Shown here: piece by piece, positions 1 through 64,000 of the stretch | How the letters are laid out: every line of letters starts with the position of its first letter | Numbering within the stretch: the stretch's first letter is position 1 | DNA from: the human T2T-CHM13v2.0 reference genome, Homo sapiens | Length of the DNA stretch: 64,000 bases | Strand: one strand, 5' to 3' | NCBI RefSeq assembly: GCF_009914755.1 | Contig: NC_060934.1 | Translations under genes and position numbers: made by a program | Notes under the pieces: generated by a model | Told to the model about the DNA's origin: nothing | The model's database searches: none | What the model saw: the letters and a program-made list of their open reading frames with translations, nothing else

Positions 1-39
1 ACCATCTTCCCATTAGCAGTCACTCCTCACATATGCAGA

Positions 40-175
40 CATAGGCTTTTCTTTCTTTTGGGTATATGAGTGGAATTGCTGGGTCATATGGTAACTCTGT
101 AGTTAACATTTTTGAGGAACTGCCAGACTGTTTGCCAAAACAGCTGCACCATTTTACATTCCCAACAGAGCATGT
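40..175 (-). mobile_element. old L1 (L1MA/MB) fragment
   Basis: GAGTGGAATTGCTGGGTCATATGGTAACTCT...GAGGAACTGCCAGACTGTTT...CATTCCCAAC matches the antisense L1 3' region. Confidence 0.8.
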
Positions 176-324
176 AATATTTTACCAAAGGATTTCCTTC
201 TTAAATGATTAAAATGGAAAACAAAACCTTATACTGAAAACAAGAAATTTTTACACTATCAGAAAAACTTGACTCCTACATCAATAATTTTCTGACACTG
301 TTCAGATAACTGAGATTTTATTGA

Positions 325-455
325 ACTACTAATAAAAGAGGAATAATAGTACTTACTTCATAGGGTTGTGATAATTAAATCAGTCAATACGTGTAAAGTA
401 CTTACACTATTGCCTGGCACATACTTAGTAAGTACTATATAAGGATTAGCTAGTA
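325..455 (+). mobile_element. MIR, tail running into a (TAG)n(CAG)n array
   Basis: AATAATAGTACTTACTTCATAGGGTTGTG...GTAAAGTACTT...TGCCTGGCACATA. Confidence 0.8.
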
Positions 456-861
456 GTAGTAGTAATAGTAGTAGTAGTAGCAGCAGCAGTGGCAATAGTG
501 CTAATGCCATGAATTGTTTACTGTTTATGCATAAACACCAACTATGATTTACTACTTAATATCACCATGATCACCTGCCCTTATACCTGCTCAGGTTCTC
601 ACAGCTTAAAAAATATGAGAGAAAGAAAAATGAGAGGAAACAGGGTATGTGTCCTTGAATATTTATCTCCCCATTCCCCTGTTACTTATTCTCACCAGAG
701 GAAAGGTTTCTTGATGCCCTTAGAAAGGGCTGTAAACACTAATGGTAAATTTACTGAGTAGGGAGAAATATCTGAAAGCCGAGAACAAGCTTATAAAGTT
801 TTTTAAATATTTATCAAATTGGTAATTTCCTTAGAATGTAAAATTACTTGTAAGAGATTGG

Positions 862-864
<3 letters not shown>

Positions 865-906
<42 letters not shown>
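865..906. repeat. (TG)n microsatellite, about 21 units
   Basis: direct reading. Confidence 0.97.
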
Positions 907-908
<2 letters not shown>

Positions 909-980
909 GGCAAAATCTCGAACAACTCTCAAATACCTCCATTATTTCTGCTTTCAATAATTCTGTTTATTATTAATTAG

Positions 981-62713
<61,733 letters not shown>

Positions 62714-62852
62714 GTTTGTATATGATTTAATGCATTAATGACATTTGTTTTATATATGTTGTTAATTGCTAAATAATAGCAGTCTTAAATATTTCTGAAA
62801 GGCCTTTTATCTTGATCCTTAAAGATAGATGCTATAGCATTAAAATACACTT

Positions 62853-64000
62853 ACTGAAGAATCAATATTGTTAAAATGTCCATACTACCCAAAGCAATCT
62901 ACAGATTCAATGCAATCCCTATTAAAATACTAATGACATTCTTCACAGAAATAGAAAAAACAATCCTAAAATTTATGTGGAACCACAAAAGACTCAGAAT
63001 AGTCAAAGCTATCCTAAGCAAAAAAACCCACAAAACTGCATGAATCACATTACCTGACTTCAAATTATACTATAGAGCTTTAGTAACTAAAATAGTATGG
63101 TACTGGCATTAAAACATAGACCAATGGAACAGAATAGAGAACCCGGAAACAAATCCACACACCTAAGTGAACTCATTTTCAGCAAAGGCCCCAAGAACAT
63201 ACACTGGGGAAAATACAGTCTCTTCAATAAATGATGCTGGGAAAACTGGATATTCATATGCAGAAGAAGGAAACTAGGCCCCCATATGTCACTTTATGCA
63301 AAATCAAATCAAGCTGGACTAAAGAGTTAGTTTAAGGCCTCAAACTATGAAATTGCTACAAGAAAACATTGGGGAATGCCTCCAGGACATTGGTCTGAGC
63401 AAAAATTTCTTGAGTAATACCCCACAAGCACAGGCAACCAAAGAAAAAATGGACAAATGGGATCACATCAAGTTAAAAACCTTCGGCACAGCAAAGGAAG
63501 CAATCAACAAAGTGAAAAGACTGAGAGAAAATATTCGGAAACTACCAATCTGACAAGGGATTAATAACCAGAATATATAAGGGGCCCAAACAACTATAAG
63601 AAAAAAATACAATAATCTGATTTTTTAAATGGGCAAAAGACTTGAATAGACATTTTTCAAAAGAAGACATACAATTGACAAACAGGCATATGAAAAGGTG
63701 CTCAACATCATTGATCATCAGAGAAATGCAAATCAAAACTAAATAAGGTATCATCTCACCCCAATTAAAATGACTTTTATTCAAAAGACAGACAATAACA
63801 AATGCTGGAGAGGATGTGGAGAAAAGGAAACCTTTGTACACCGTTAGTGGGAATGTAAATTAGTACAACCACTATCGAGAATAGTTTAGAGGTTCCTCAA
63901 AAAACTAAAAATAGAGCTACCATAGGATCCAGCAATCCCACTGCTGGGTATATACCCAAAAGAAAGGACATCAGTATATTGAAGACATGCCTGCACTCCC
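62853..64000 (+). mobile_element. L1 (L1MA/L1PB-like) ORF2 C-terminal region, 5'-truncated, runs off the window
   Basis: GAAGAATCAATATTGTTAAAATGTCCATACTACCCAAAGCAATCTACAGATTCAATGC; ORF MKLLQENIGECLQDIGLSKNFL...KWDHIKLK is ORF2-like; frame disrupted. Confidence 0.95.

Noticed and set aside
605-644. Possible 40-nt exon (acag|CTTAAA...CAGG|gtatgt)
   Set aside because: The only frame that would match the phase-2 start of exon A contains TAA, and I see no CC2D2A similarity

Overview
Primate, almost certainly human, genomic DNA. The window lies entirely inside one plus-strand multi-exon gene that I identify as CC2D2B, the paralogue of the ciliary transition-zone gene CC2D2A/MKS6. I reconstructed 22 GT-AG internal coding exons by hand (981..62713). 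Their splice phases all match and they join into one stop-free frame of 2875 nt (1 nt + 958 codons) encoding C2 and transglutaminase-like regions; the start and stop codons lie outside the window. The introns contain about 26 Alus, L1/L2/MIR fragments, two HERV-K-class solo LTRs (MER11, LTR13), MST and MLT2 LTRs, MER5/MER53 DNA-transposon relics, microsatellites and an antisense RPL21 processed pseudogene. I see no convincing new gene system, and most ORF-track entries are repeat artefacts. The most unusual local structures are: (1) a direct-inverted-direct triplication of the MER11 LTR 3' end inside a single 6-bp target-site duplication (TSD); (2) an unexplained ~240-bp intronic direct repeat flanking two exons; (3) an RPL21 retrocopy with a long 3' extension; (4) a candidate recursive splice site; (5) an exon acceptor built from a MIR tail; (6) a head-to-head L1 hairpin; (7) a CTCF site. 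Gene and repeat-family names come from my recall of consensus sequences, not from a search, and repeat boundaries are approximate.
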